64,000 nucleotides of DNA from an uncultured Gammaproteobacteria bacterium (GTDB lineage Bacteria > Pseudomonadota > Gammaproteobacteria > CAWCPV01), in NCBI GenBank assembly GCA_963797555.1, contig CAWCPV010000004.1:288001-352000 (forward strand), given 5' to 3'. A program made the translations under genes and the position numbers. The notes below the pieces were generated by a model that searched no databases, was not told the DNA's origin, and worked only from the letters and a program-made list of their open reading frames with translations. Shown piece by piece: positions 1 to 11,458 of this stretch. The stretch's first letter is position 1. Every line of letters starts with the position of its first letter.

Positions 1-1059
1 GCCCCCGGCTTGAGTGCTTGCGGGACAGGCCGCGCAAGAGCAACGCGGGGCGCAAGCCCTACGATGCTGTGCTCATGTTCAAGGTGCTCGTTCTGCAGCA
101 CCTGTACAACGTGAGTGACGAGGGCATCGAGTACCCGATTCGGGACCGATACTCCTTCAGCCGATTCCTGGGGCTGTTGCCCGAGGACCGGGTGCCCGAT
201 GCCACCACCGTATGGCTGTTTCGCGAGGCGCTGGCGAAGGAGAACGCCGTGCAAGAGCTGTTTCGGGCCTTCAACCAGCAGCTCGAGCGGCGGGGGTTCA
301 TCGCCCGCAAGGGACAGATCATCGATGCGAGCATCGTCTCGGCCCCCGAGCAGCGCAACAGCCGGGAAGAGAACGATGCCCTCAAGCGGGGCGAGACGCC
401 CGAGGCCTGGAAGGACAAGCCCGCCAAGCTTCGTCAAAAGGACACCGAGGCGCGCTGGACCAAGAAACATGGCAAGAGCTATTACGGGTACAAGAACCAC
501 GTGAGCGTGGACGCTGCCCACAAGCGGGTGCGCAGGTAGGTCTTCGAGCCGCTGCTCGATCGCGCCAACACCAGCACCGAGGTCTGGGCCGACAGCGCCT
601 ACCGCTCCGAGGAGACCGAGCGGCTGCTGCGTAAGAAGGGGCTCAGGAGCCGGATTCACCGCCGGGGTCACCGCCACAAGGCGCTCAGCGTGTACCAGCA
701 AGCGCTCAACCGGCGCCGCTCAAGCATCCGGGTGCGCGTCGAGCATGTCTTCGGCTCCCAGCACAACGAGCAAGGCGGCAAGCTCGTGCGAACCATCGGA
801 GGGGTGCGTGCGAGGGCCAAGATAGGGCTCATGAATCTCGTCTACAACATGCCCCGGCTGAGCTACCTGGTCAGCTCAGGCGGTAAAGGTCCGATGCCGG
901 CACCGGCCTGATCGCCGCCGGAGCCTCCGCCCGGCGCCCGCAAGGCGAGCGGGAGCCCTCCCAAAACCCCTCAAAAACCACTCGCTTCGCCCCCATTCTC
1001 CTATCCGTGACCCGATCGGAGCGACCGACCGGCGCCAAAACCAATTATTCGAGGTGCCC
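1..1059 (+). mobile_element. IS5-family element, left end outside window; transposase broken by in-frame TAG (537-539)
   Basis: IS5-type motifs MFKVLVLQHLYN, VPDATT, IIDAS (D), WADSAY (D), RVEHVFG (E). Right IR CCAATTATTCGAGGTGCCC at 1041-1059 matches the ends of the copy at 8714-10027. Confidence 0.9.
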
Positions 1060-1152
1060 TTGAAGTAAAGCAACCGAGAACATCGAGTCAACGTCAATCG
1101 GGGCGATAAAGCGAAAACTCGAGACCCATTCAGCCCGGACCGCCCGAGAGCT

Positions 1153-1507
1153 GTGTCTTTGGACCGTCCGGTAAGAAAGGTGGCATTGCGTGAGCAACAT
1201 CATGTGCATGAAGCCATGGTCCTAAACGCAGTACGCCAGTTCCTACGTCTGGAATCAGCTAGTGGCCTATTGCTCGTCGTCGCAGCCGTGGCTGCGATGT
1301 TGGCCGCGAACACCCCGTTCAGACCACTTTATGATGCCTTACTCGAAACCCCTCTAGAGATTCGCGTCGGTCACTTGGAGATAGCCAAGCCATTGCTGCT
1401 GTGGGTAAATGACGGACTCATGGCTATTTTCTTTTTTCTTGTGGGGCTGGAGATCAAGCACGAGACGGTCAGAGGAGAGCTTTCGACCGCGGGGCGCGTC
1501 GGTTTAC
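1153..1507 (+). pseudogene. nhaA: Na+/H+ antiporter NhaA, N-terminal fragment truncated by ISL3
   Basis: FLRLESASGLLL, KPLLLWVNDGLMAIFFFLVGLEIK(H)E are NhaA N-terminal signatures. An ISL3 end starts at 1508. Confidence 0.88.
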
Positions 1508-1950
1508 GGCTCTTTCCGGAATCGTGTGGGTAGCAATGGCTATGGCGTGGGGGCATCTGCCTGATCTCTGACACCAGGGGGTGTGTTGAACGGCGAGGCG
1601 GGCAGGTGGGCGAGATTGCCGGCGATGAGGTAGGCGATGGTGATGAGCGAGTGCGTGGTGCGGTAGCCCCGGGCGCGAGCCTTGGCGGCCTGGATGAGGG
1701 AGTTGATGCCCTCGGCGCGGCCGTTGGTGAGGCCTGAGTGGAACGCGGCGAGTACGCCGTCCCAATGCTCTTTGAGGGTGGTGGCGAGGCGCTTCATGGG
1801 CTGCAGACGGCTACGCCGTGCCCAGCTATACCAGCGCCCGAGGGCGCTCTCGGCCTGCTCGAGGGTGCTGGCCGTGGCGTAGATATCGCGTAGCGCCTCC
1901 TTGAGGCGCCAGGCGCGGGCGGTCTGGAGGCGGGCGCGGGAGAGCCAGTG
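1508..1950 (-). mobile_element. ISL3-family 3' fragment (variant copy)
   Basis: IR GGCTCTTTCCGGAATCGTGTGGGTAG at 1508. Encodes LTNGRAEGINSLIQAAKARARGYRT, near-identical to the 5006-6519 element. Confidence 0.9.
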
Positions 1951-4095
1951 CAGAACTCCTGACTTGGCGCTAAATTCAATGCGACTGGACGGTGTCGTAG
2001 ACCAGGCGCAGGTGGGTGCCAGGGTATTTCATCTGCTGGGTATTCAGATATTCGCAAAGAGCGATGAGAGCTTGTTGAGATCGATTATTGGCCAAGCCGT
2101 AGAGACGCACCCGCAATTCATGGCGCTGGTAATCCGGGATAATATCGCCGGGTAAGCAGAACACGGCTTTGAGGAAGGCGCGAACTTCGTCGTCGTGGCG
2201 CACGAAAAAGGGTTCGACAATGCTCGCGAGACAACTCTCACTGCGATAAGCGACGACCTTGATGAGCTGGGTAATGGTTTTTCGTTCGCGTTCGTGATGT
2301 ACGATCTTGTCCGCCTCATAAATGCTCTTCAATGGCACGCGCTTTTCCATCGCGTTGATGCGTTCGCTGAGTTGCTCGCATTGCCTTTCCAATCGTTCGA
2401 TGGCCTCTGTCGCCTTCTCTTGCTTCGCCGTCGATGCCCTGTTACGTTGGTGCTTGCCACGCTGGGCGTAGGCTCTGCCGAGCTGCGCCTTGGTTGCCTG
2501 GAGCGATTTTATCAGCGCTCGGCGCTCAGGATTGGGAACCATCCGCTCAGGATCGGCTGGTTCGGTGGCATAGGTGCTCAAGTGGTCGATGTTGAATTCG
2601 TCCTGCAGGTATTTGAAGAAGTTCTCTTGGCGCCAACGGCCGAACATGCGATGGGCGATCTCTGCGGCAGGTAAGTCCTGCCGGGTCGTCAGGATCGCGC
2701 TCTGATGTCCGTTTTTGCATAAGCGGCGGATCTCGCGCATCCACAAGGCGGGTTGTTTGCGATTGGCAGCGATGACCTGCACGCTGCACTCGGCCAGACT
2801 ATAGCCTGGATCCGTGACTTGAATCTCCGAGCGCCCGGGGCGCGAGAGAATGGGAGCTATTCTCAGTTGAGTTGGTTAGTTTTTAGCCAACCGGTGACGC
2901 CGGCTATGTACAGCGGGCGTAGACCCTCGTCGGCGCAGGAGTGACGGCGGGGCTTTGAGGCTTGGACGCTGAATTTCGGGCGTAGGTTTACACCGGGGTC
3001 TGGTGAGGCCCGGGTCGAGTTTCTATGGAGGTCGTCCTATCTACCCGAAGGCGAGTTGGTAATACACCTGCTCGAAGGCGCGGAAGCCGGGACAGAGCCG
3101 GCTGAAGCGCAGCTTCAGTCTGCGGGCGGTGGCGACCAACCGGGCGGCGAGGTACATCAGTTCCTGGAGGACGGTCTTGATCCGCCGGCGCTTGGCCGGA
3201 TGGCGCAGGGGAGCCGACTCGCCGGTCAGCCCGATGAGCCCGATGAAGCGCAGGATGTTGTAGGCGAACACGGCAAAGGCGAGCACCAGGTCATTGGTGT
3301 CGAATTTCCCGGAGGGCAGCCGTTCGATATCGAGGTCGGTCTTGAACTCGCTGTGGCGCTCGGCGCGCTCCAGCCAATGGGCAGGGTCCTCGCCCCGAGG
3401 GTTCCACTGGATAATGAAGTCCACCTCCTCTTCGAGGTAGCGCAGCCGGTTCTCCAAGGCGTCGTGGGCGCTGTCCTGGCGCACCAGCAGCGGCAGTTTG
3501 GTCAGGCGCCTGGCCCGCGGCAGGATGCGCTCCCAGACCTAGCCGAATTCCTTCTGACTGTGCTGCTTGCCTTCTCGCAGCTCACAGCCGACGCACCACC
3601 CTTCGGTTCCCACGTAGGTCGCGATCGGCGCATAACCGTCATAGCCGTGGTAGGTGCGCGAGACTCCTTCTTGCTTGGTCCCGGAGTTGTCCATGGGAAA
3701 GACATCGATGTCCACCGGCACATGACCGGTCTTGAGCGCACTGACCGGTGCCTTGGCGTTGACCATGAACTCGATATCGGCCTCGTACAACACCGCCGCC
3801 AAGTCCTCACCCTTCGCTAAACCCTGCGTCATGAACACCGCCCCGAGGTAACGCTTAGCCGTCGTATCCGTACGCGCGCAGCTCATCAACGGACCGGAGG
3901 CATTCATGAACACGAGTTCCTTGGGCGTTTCGATGACCGTCAACCGCAAACCCAATGTCACAGCCTGTTCGGGCAGCAGGGGAAGCTCAATGGTGCCTGG
4001 CATAGCATTCCTCTGGTCTCGTATTTATATTTCGATACCAGCATCGATTATAGCGCCTTCTCAATCGGTTAGGTAGCGCATGTCAGGAGTTTCTG
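1951..4095 (-). mobile_element. Unclassified IS with IRs CAGAA(A)CTCCTGAC; transposase split (N-term 4003-~3788, C-term 2782-1976) by an IS1380 remnant
   Basis: IRs at 1951-1963 and 4082-4095. The C-terminal ORF has the DDE-type motif MFGRWRQENFFKY. Confidence 0.7.
2805..3787 (-). mobile_element. IS1380-family remnant with internal deletions
   Basis: VPVDIDVFPMDNSGTKQEGVSRTYHGYDGYAP and SEFKTDLDIERLPSGKF...AYNILR motifs. Probable CC-starting end CCTGGATCCGTGAC at 2805. Confidence 0.8.
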
Positions 4096-4193
4096 CAGTG
4101 GCTCTCCCGCGCCCGCCTCCAGACCGCCCACGCCTGGCGCCTCAAGGAGGCGCTGCGCGATATCTACGCCACGGCCAGCACCCTCGAGCAGGC
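4096..4193 (+). mobile_element. 98-bp ISL3 fragment, inverted duplicate of 1853-1950
   Basis: Reverse complement of 1853-1950 with 3 mismatches. Confidence 0.9.
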
Positions 4194-4246
4194 TGCTCGG
4201 CGCCCTGTATCGGCGTGGGCCATGCTACAGCAGCGCCGAGCAGTAC

Positions 4247-4834
4247 GTGTACGATCACGATTTTCGTCACCTGGCCAGCGGTCTGTTGGTGCCCCATGGC
4301 GTTTACGACTACTTCGCCAACGTCGGCTTCCTGACGCTGGGCACCTCGCGGGAAACCAGTGCGTTCGTCTGCGAGGCCATCGCACTGGCGTGGGAGGAGG
4401 ACCGCCGCGCCCATTACCCCGAGGCTGAGGAGATCCTGTTGCTCTGCGACGCCGGCGGCGCCAACGCCGCGCGCTCCCATCGCTTCAAGGAAGACCTCGT
4501 GGCGCTCGCCAAGCGCTTGGGGCGTCGCCTGCGTATCGCGCACTACCCGCCTTATACTTCCAAGTGGAATCCCATTGAGCACCGCTTGTTCAGCCACGTC
4601 GAGCGACCCTGGCGCGCCGTCATCCTGGACTCACCCCAGACCGCACTGGAAACCGTAGAGCGTACCCATACCAAAACTGGCTTGCGGGTTACCGCCCGTA
4701 TTCTCGACACAAGCTACGCACTGGGGCGGAAGTGCTCCGATACATTCCACGCTATTAAAGACAAATTTATTCGCCACGATGAAGTTCTCGGACAGTGGAA
4801 CTATGTCGTGGATCCCAGCGGATCATTTTCATAA
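4247..4834 (+). pseudogene. ISAzo13-family transposase, C-terminal part
   Basis: DHDF, VPHGVYD, LLLCDAGGAN, HYPPYTSKWNPIEHRLFS are ISAzo13 motifs. N-terminus is absent. Confidence 0.88.
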
Positions 4835-5005
4835 AATGTTTTACTGTTTTTGCACCGTCACTAAGGATACCTCGGCAAGCCGGTAACGGGCGCCTCAGAG
4901 TGGCTTCGGCTTTGGTGCGGCTCTTCTTAAACGACGCCGGGCGCGCGGGAAACAAGGACTTAGCGAGGTAGCGCCGGACAGGCATGGAAGAAGGGGCTCA
5001 TTTGG

Positions 5006-6519
5006 GGTTCTTACCGGAATCGTGTGGGTAGATATGCTTACGCTGCGGCAGCCTCTGCCTGAGGTCTGACACAAGATCGTGTGTTGAACGGCGAGGCCGG
5101 CAAGTGGGCCAGGTTGCCCGCGATGAGGTAGGCGATGGTGATGAGCGAGTGCGTGGTGCGGTAGCCCCGGGCGCGGGCTTTGGCGGCCTGGATGAGGGAG
5201 TTGATGCCCTCGGCGCGGCCGTTGGTGAGGCCGGAGTCGAACGCGGCGAGCACACCGTCCCAGTGGTCTTTCAGGGTAGTGGCGAGGTGTTTCATGGGTT
5301 GCAGGCGGCTACGCCGTGCCCAGCTATACCAGCGCGTGAGCGCGGTCTCGGCCTGCTCGAGGGTGCTGGCCGTGGCGTAGATATCGCGCAGCGCCTCCTT
5401 GAGGCGCCAGGCGCGGGCGGTCTTGAGCCGGGCGCGGGAGAGCCAGTGAAAGTCGGTGAGCTGCTCCCAGGTCCAGTCGTGGGCGTCTTTGAGCCAGGTC
5501 CAGCGGGTGCCTCTGAGGGCGGGCTCGGTCTTGACCTCCTCGCGGTGCACTGTATCGACGGCCTGGTTGGCGAGCTGGATGACATGGAAGGCATCGAAGC
5601 TCACCGTGGCTTTAGGCAGATGCTTGGTCACCCCGGCGAGATAAGCGGCGGACAGGTCGATGCACACCTGCTCGATGGCCTGCGGGTCGCCCCCGTGCGC
5701 CTGGAGGTCGGCGGCAAAGGCCGCCACGGTGCTCCGGTCGCGGCCCTCGCAGGCGAACAGCAGGCGTTTGCCCGTGAGGTCATGGAACAGGCTGATGTAG
5801 TGCTGCCCACGCCGGGCGGCGGTCTCGTCCAGGCCCACGGCGCGCACCGGGGAGTGGTCCTCCTGGGCGCGGGCCGCCTCCACGTAGTGCTCGAGCACCC
5901 CCCACAGGCGCTCATCGCCCACGCCCAGGTGCCGGGCGACGGTCGCCACCGGCATCGCCTGGCACAGCGTCACCACCAGTGCCTCCATCAGCGCCGTGAA
6001 GCCACTCTGTGCGCGCGCCCACGGCGGCTCGACCTGAGTCGTCTTGCCGCAGCTCTCACAGCGCACTCGCGGCAGATGCGCGTGCAGGTCTGCCCGCGAC
6101 TTAAAGAAGCTCAGGTGCTGCCAGCTGCGCTTGCGGGTATCATGCACCGGCTGGCCTGGCGCTCCGCACGCCGGGCAGGCGAAGCGGCTCCCCTTGGCAA
6201 AGGCCACCTCGAGGTCGATGCGCCCAGCCTCGGGGTCAAAGCGTACGCCGGTGACTTCCCAAGGCGCCGTGAGACCCAGTGCCGTCGTGAATAGATGCGT
6301 TGGCTCCATGGCGCTCCCCCCTTGATGGCCTGTGGATTTGTGGACGAGTCCTGCGGAGCGGCCCGCGTCCCAAGGACCGTGTGGACAACCTCCCGGTTGC
6401 CCACACTCGCGGGCCTCTCGCCCACAACCCCACAGGCCAACCACAAGATGTTGTGATAGACGATTGCTCAGAACGGATGCTACTCGACCACCACGATCCA
6501 CACAATTACCGAAAGAGCC
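5006..6519 (-). mobile_element. Complete ISL3-family element (transposase 6309-5038) with 8-bp TSD TCATTTGG
   Basis: IRs GGCTCTTTCGGTAATTGTGTGG / GGTTCTTACCGGAATCGTGTGG. TSD at 4998-5005 and 6520-6527. Zn-finger CPACG...CESCG, GLDET, CIDLS, FDAFHV, AEGIN. Confidence 0.96.
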
Positions 6520-6554
6520 TCATTTGGGATATGAGACAAGCAGAGACGAGCCTT

Positions 6555-6984
6555 ATGCGACATACGCGGGAGGCCCCTTCCATGAGAGCTTATAGCACGC
6601 TGCCGCTGCCATGGAGCACCACAGCGCTGCTGTCGCCCAGTTTGAGCGCCTGCTCGGAAGTCTCGGGCACGAGCAGAGCCAGAGGTTGAGCCACGGGAGT
6701 TGGAGGCGCTGGTGCACAGGGAAGGCAACGAGCTGCTGCGCCGATTGACCCAGGGTACCTGGACCAGACGAAGTGCCAAGGAGCTGGTGCGCGAGCACGT
6801 GCTAGCCGAGGATGGGGTGGCCAAAGGGCAGGCCAAGGAGGTGGCGGTGCAGCTGAGCCAGGACTTCGTACCTTCTATGCTATGGCGCTATGCGCAGCCG
6901 CCGGCGCCCGTGCCCGAGGTGGGGGTCCAGCAGATCCTGGTGATCAGCGCCTCGCGACGCCGCTATCGGACGTGCAGCAGATGA
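6555..6984 (+). pseudogene. ISKra4-like transposase remnant
   Basis: QFERLLGSL...HGELEALVHREGNELLRRLTQG resembles ISKra4 N-termini. Frameshifted and internally deleted. Confidence 0.6.
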
Positions 6985-7221
6985 AACCACAAGCTCTCAG
7001 TCCGCTCCCAGGTGCGGGCGTTCCGCCGTGGGTCGCAATGTCGGAACCGGCGAACGGGCGCGGATGCCCTGTGCGGTGGCTGCGTGCGAGCGTGGTTGGC
7101 GACGGCTCAGGTACGTGAGCTTGCGAGACCCGTTGGGGGTAGAATATTCAGGACGGGCTCTCCGCGCGCGTGTCCCGCGGGGTGGTACAGTGGCGTGCCG
7201 ATTCGTCGGCTGGTGCACATC

Positions 7222-7237
7222 TGGAACGTTTCTTGCT
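7222..7237 (+). promoter_or_regulatory. Possible sigma-54 promoter
   Basis: TGGAACGTTTCTTGCT has GG-N10-GC spacing with TTGC. Confidence 0.45.
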
Positions 7238-7435
7238 TAATGCTACGCAGCGATCCCAGCGCGCCAGGCCGCCGACGGCCTCTTTTAGCTGCGCTTTCTA
7301 TGGAAGCAGTCCGGGGTCACGTCAGGTTGCGGCGTCGAGCCGACAAAAAATTGTGCGACCCTCTTCCCGCCGTCTTCCACCCCTAAGTTTCTTATCACCA
7401 TACTGGGGTGGCGCTAGACGCAATAACTGTTAGGT

Positions 7436-7804
7436 ATGAAAATACCACACGACAAGATTGATTTCGATGAGTGGATGGTGCTCGCACGTTCCGACCCCGA
7501 CGAGTTTGAGAGGAGGCGTCGAATCCTGATCGAGAAGACCATCTCCCGTGCTTCGGCGCGTTCTCAGCCTCGGCTACGGTGCCTACAGTGGCGCATTGAC
7601 ATGGAGCGCCACCGCGCGCGGACCCCCTTGGCTGCCTGTCTGCGCCTCTCATCGATGATGTGGGACTCGGTGGTCGGGGAGTCGGGGTTGCTCCACGCTC
7701 TCGATGCTTTTCGCAAAGGTAATCTTACCGCCACTCGCTGCCCGGGCGCCGGCAGCGACAATCATGGTATTCCCACGACACCCTCCGCGTCGAGACAGTT
7801 GTAG
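7436..7804 (+). CDS. DUF3135-like protein
   Basis: DFDEW..LARSDPDEFE..R..LIE..I...RLRCLQWRIDMER....PL.AC..LS.MMWDS pattern. Confidence 0.8.
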   Translation: MKIPHDKIDFDEWMVLARSDPDEFERRRRILIEKTISRASARSQPRLRCLQWRIDMERHRARTPLAACLRLSSMMWDSVVGESGLLHALDAFRKGNLTATRCPGAGSDNHGIPTTPSASRQL

Positions 7805-7917
7805 CTGAGTACTGGCGCCCGAAGTGGCCTTGGCGGACTCAGACGCGAGGGCCGGCCCAGAGGCTGTCGCGCACCCCCAAGAGAGAGTCGGCTGGCGGGT
7901 AATGTCCTGCTAAGAAC

Positions 7918-8100
7918 CTAACCGTCGTCGTTTTCCCACGAATTCTCGGCCACCTCCTTGACCGCTACAGACTTTCCGGGCCCCGGGTACTGGCGTTCGA
8001 GTACAGCGCAAGCATGCTTAGAATCCGTCGCTCTCAGCATGCCAGTGCATGTCCGGCCTTCGACCACAAGGTAAACCTGATACGTAAACACTCTCATCAC
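7918..8100 (-). CDS. Small hypothetical protein (60 aa)
   Basis: Globular-looking composition; GAGG upstream of start. Confidence 0.45.
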   Translation of the reverse strand: MMRVFTYQVYLVVEGRTCTGMLRATDSKHACAVLERQYPGPGKSVAVKEVAENSWENDDG

Positions 8101-8713
8101 ATGATCCTCTGCCCCGGGTCGACCGGCGGGGGTTCGTGTGCATCCGGTGATGGATGGGTGCGGGACGCGGCAGGGTCAACAACATCGTCTTGGAGCATCC
8201 GGAAGTGAAGTAGACCACCAAGTGCATGTATTGTGCCACTTGCACGGGTGTTGCGCGCGCGTGCGGCGCCTGCTTGCGATGCGCCAAGTTGGTCGCAAGA
8301 GCGCACCATCGTGGTGCCCAACCACTCGCGGGATGATCGCGTTCCGCAGGTTGAGGTCGCGGCACGTGGTCTTCCCGATGTCCATCGGCTCTGGTCAAGT
8401 TGGCCAACGATAACGGAGGCCACACCCGCGGGGGCGAACGGAGACACACCAGAAGGGATAACGCAAACGGACCTTGGTCAGATGGTCACTGCTTTGCTAA
8501 AGGTCGAGGCGGGCACCCAGAAGCGGGCGGCCACCGGCTTTGCCGCTTGGGATTGTGGTGTGCCTACACGTGGGGTTCGCGAGCGGCCGTCGAGGCGCGG
8601 CCCGCGGGCGCGAAACGACTTCATCTCCAACTGGCCGCCCGGGTCGGGTCCTCCACCGCGACGGACACCTCAAACAGACGGGCGCGGGGTTGACCGCGTG
8701 GATTCGGTAGTCA

Positions 8714-10027
8714 GGGCACCTCGAAAAATTGGCACTGGGGGCGGCTGCCCGGTAGACTGGCGCCAGTTCGTGGCCGATGAGGAACAGAGCGATGCCCCAG
8801 CCCGGATTCTTCGACCTCGACGAGCGCTATGAGCGTCTGAGCCGGCTCGGTGACCCCCTGGTGCACATCCAGCAGGTGGTCGACTGGGAAGCCTTTCGTC
8901 CCCGGCTTGAGCGTTTGCGGGACAAGCCGCGCAAGAGCAACGCGGGGCGCAAGCCCTACGATGCTTGTGCTCATGTTCAAGGTGCTCGTTCTGCAGCACC
9001 TGTACAACGTGAGCGACGAGGGCATCGAGTACCCGATTCGGGACCGTTACTCCTTCAGCCGATTCCTGGGGCTGTTGCCCGAGGACCGGGTGCCCGATGC
9101 TACCACGGCGTGGCTGTTTCGCGAGGCGCTGGCGAAGGAGAACGCCGTGCAAGAGCTGTTTCGGGCCTTCAACCAGCAGATCGAGCGGCGGGGGTTCATC
9201 GCCCGCAAGGGACAAATCATCGATGCCAGGAAAGCTGTTAGCTGGAGAGCCTAAGCACATAGTGGTTCATCGCCCGCAAGGGACAGATCATCGATGCGAG
9301 CATCGTCTCGGCCCCCGAGCAGCGCAACAGCCGGGAAGAGAACGATGCCCTCAAGCGGGGCGAGACGCCCGAGGCCTGGAAGGACAAGCCCGCCAAGCTT
9401 CGTCAAAAGGACACCGAGGCGCGCTGGACCAAGAAACATGGCAAGAGCTATTACGGGTACAAGAACCACGTGAGCGTGGACGCTGCCCACAAGCGGGTGC
9501 GCAGGTAGGTCTTCGAGCCGCTGCTCGATCGCGCCAACACCAGCACCGAGGTCTGGGCCGACAGCGCCTACCGCTCCGAGGAGACCGAGCGGCTGCTGCG
9601 TAAGAAGGGGCTCAGGAGCCGGATTCACCGCCGGGGTCACCGCCACAAGGCGCTCAGCGTGTACCAGCAAGCGCTCAACCGGCGCCGCTCAAGCATCCGG
9701 GTGCGCGTCGAGCATGTCTTCGGCTCCCAGCACAACGAGCAAGGCGGCAAGCTCGTGCGAACCATCGGAGGGGTGCGTGCGAGGGCCAAGATAGGGCTCA
9801 TGAATCTCGTCTACAACATGCCCCGGCTGAGCTACCTGGTCAGCTCAGGCGGTAAAGGTCCGATGCCGGCACCGGCCTGATCGCCGCCGGAGCCTCCGCC
9901 CGGCGCCCGCAAGGCGACGGGAGCCCTCCCAAAACCCCTCAAAAACCACTCGCTTTGACCCAATTCCCTCATCCGTGACTCGATCAGAGGGACCGACCGG
10001 CGCCAAAACCAATTATTCGAGGTGCCC
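8714..10027 (+). mobile_element. IS5-family element with both IRs; transposase disrupted (frameshift ~8965, 71-bp insertion, TAG at 9506)
   Basis: IRs GGGCACCTCGAAAAATTGG (8714) and CCAATTATTCGAGGTGCCC (to 10027). Start MPQPGFFDLDERYERL. No obvious TSD. Confidence 0.92.
9193..9297 (+). repeat. 34-bp direct repeat (1 mismatch) flanking a 37-bp unique insert
   Basis: GGTTCATCGCCCGCAAGGGACA(A/G)ATCATCGATGC at 9193-9226 and 9264-9297. Confidence 0.95.
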
Positions 10028-10115
10028 ATCAATGGGATCCGGGCTCCCACCCGCGACGTCGACCGAGCGGGAGGTCGCAGAGATCGGAGGCGATCGCGAG
10101 GATGCACCCCGCCCT

Positions 10116-10712
10116 TCAGGTCTTTAGCGCTTGCGCCAGCTCGGCGAAGGTGGAGGCAATGGCGCCCGTCTCCACCGGCACCCCGATTTGGCGGCTGATC
10201 TGGGTCGTAGAGAAGATCCCGCGGATAGCCCGGTTCGCGCCCTCGTGGTCGGTCTCCTCCACGAGCGCGTGTTGGCGTCCCACGCGCTTCAGGGTCGCGA
10301 TCACATCGCCTACCGTGGCCTTCCTTACCTCGTCTATGCTGAGGACGTCGACGTGCTCGGCCGGGGTCATGATGTCACGTACCATGACCTCCTCGTAGCC
10401 GACGCCGACGGAGGTCGCGAACTGGGTGGGTTTCTCGCCCTGGATGTCGTGGGCGGTGATGACCCCGATCACGGCGTTCTGAGGAGTTGTCACCAGCAGC
10501 AATCGTACCCCACCGTAAATCATCTTCTCCAGGGCTGTCCTGATCAGCACACCTGGGTCCACGGTGACCGCGGCCACTTGGGTGAGGTCCGTCATTACGT
10601 CCACCGCGGGGCTGTCCAGGGTTACCCGCCCCACCCGCTCCAGCTTGGGACGGAAGTACGTGGTTCCGCGCCGTAGCGGGTGCAATGGCAAGAACCGGTG
10701 TGTTTCGGCCAT
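10116..10712 (-). CDS. CBS-domain protein
   Basis: Tandem CBS-like motifs (DVMTD, GVRLLLV...VIGVITAHDI, VRDIMTP, RGIFSTTQI). RBS GGAGAGAGGGG. Confidence 0.85.
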   Translation of the reverse strand: MAETHRFLPLHPLRRGTTYFRPKLERVGRVTLDSPAVDVMTDLTQVAAVTVDPGVLIRTALEKMIYGGVRLLLVTTPQNAVIGVITAHDIQGEKPTQFATSVGVGYEEVMVRDIMTPAEHVDVLSIDEVRKATVGDVIATLKRVGRQHALVEETDHEGANRAIRGIFSTTQISRQIGVPVETGAIASTFAELAQALKT

Positions 10713-11458
10713 CCCCTCTCTCCGTCAGTGCCGCCAGCAACCCGCACAAGATACTGTCCGCTTCATCGCGGCACAACCCCGCGCCCACGCCCGACGTTCC
10801 ATCCGCATGCGGCTCGGCGGGGAATGCCGCTTCGGCGGTGCCGTGCAGCGGTCCTGCCGGAAGCGGCGCCGAGAAAGCCCGGACGTTCCGGGCGAGTCGC
10901 GGCGGCTTTGCACCACCCGGCAAGCTGAGAGGAAAAGCTCCTTCCCAGCCCTGGACCTCCCAGACACGGCAGCGCGCACTAGCCCGAGAGGTTGTCGTTG
11001 GCGAAACCCCGGTGCAATGACCCCCGGCATAGATGGTCGCCCTGCGCACGGTGATGGGCGTGCCCGCCATTCTCCACACCGCCGACTGCCAGTCCATGGC
11101 CCTGGAAGACCGCCCCCTAGCGCAGGCGGTTGCCCAACCGCGCGCAGGCCCAGGGTGTGATGCGCCCTCACCTTGTCCGCTCTTGGTCACGACGACCTGT
11201 TTTGCCATGGCTTCCACAGGGAGCCGACCTGCTTGTCCGAACACTCCGTCGCCTGTCTGTCCCGGGGCACCGGACGGCTCCGTCCTGATGACGCCCCATC
11301 CTCCTGATACGAGGGCGCCGTGCCAAGAAGCGGGCTTTCGCTCACCGATGCCCACCACTGGGGGCGTGTGTGGAGTTGGCAGTGCCCTGGAAGGATGCCC
11401 AAGCCAGAGTGCTCCGGAGTTACAGGGACGCTTGCTTAGGCCACAGGAGCGGAGCGTT

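Noticed and set aside
537-539. Amber readthrough or pyrrolysine in the IS5 transposase
   Set aside because: A conserved segment appears to be missing at the stop, which points to a deletion.
9193-9297. CRISPR array
   Set aside because: Only two repeats, the repeat is transposase coding sequence, and there are no cas genes or leader.
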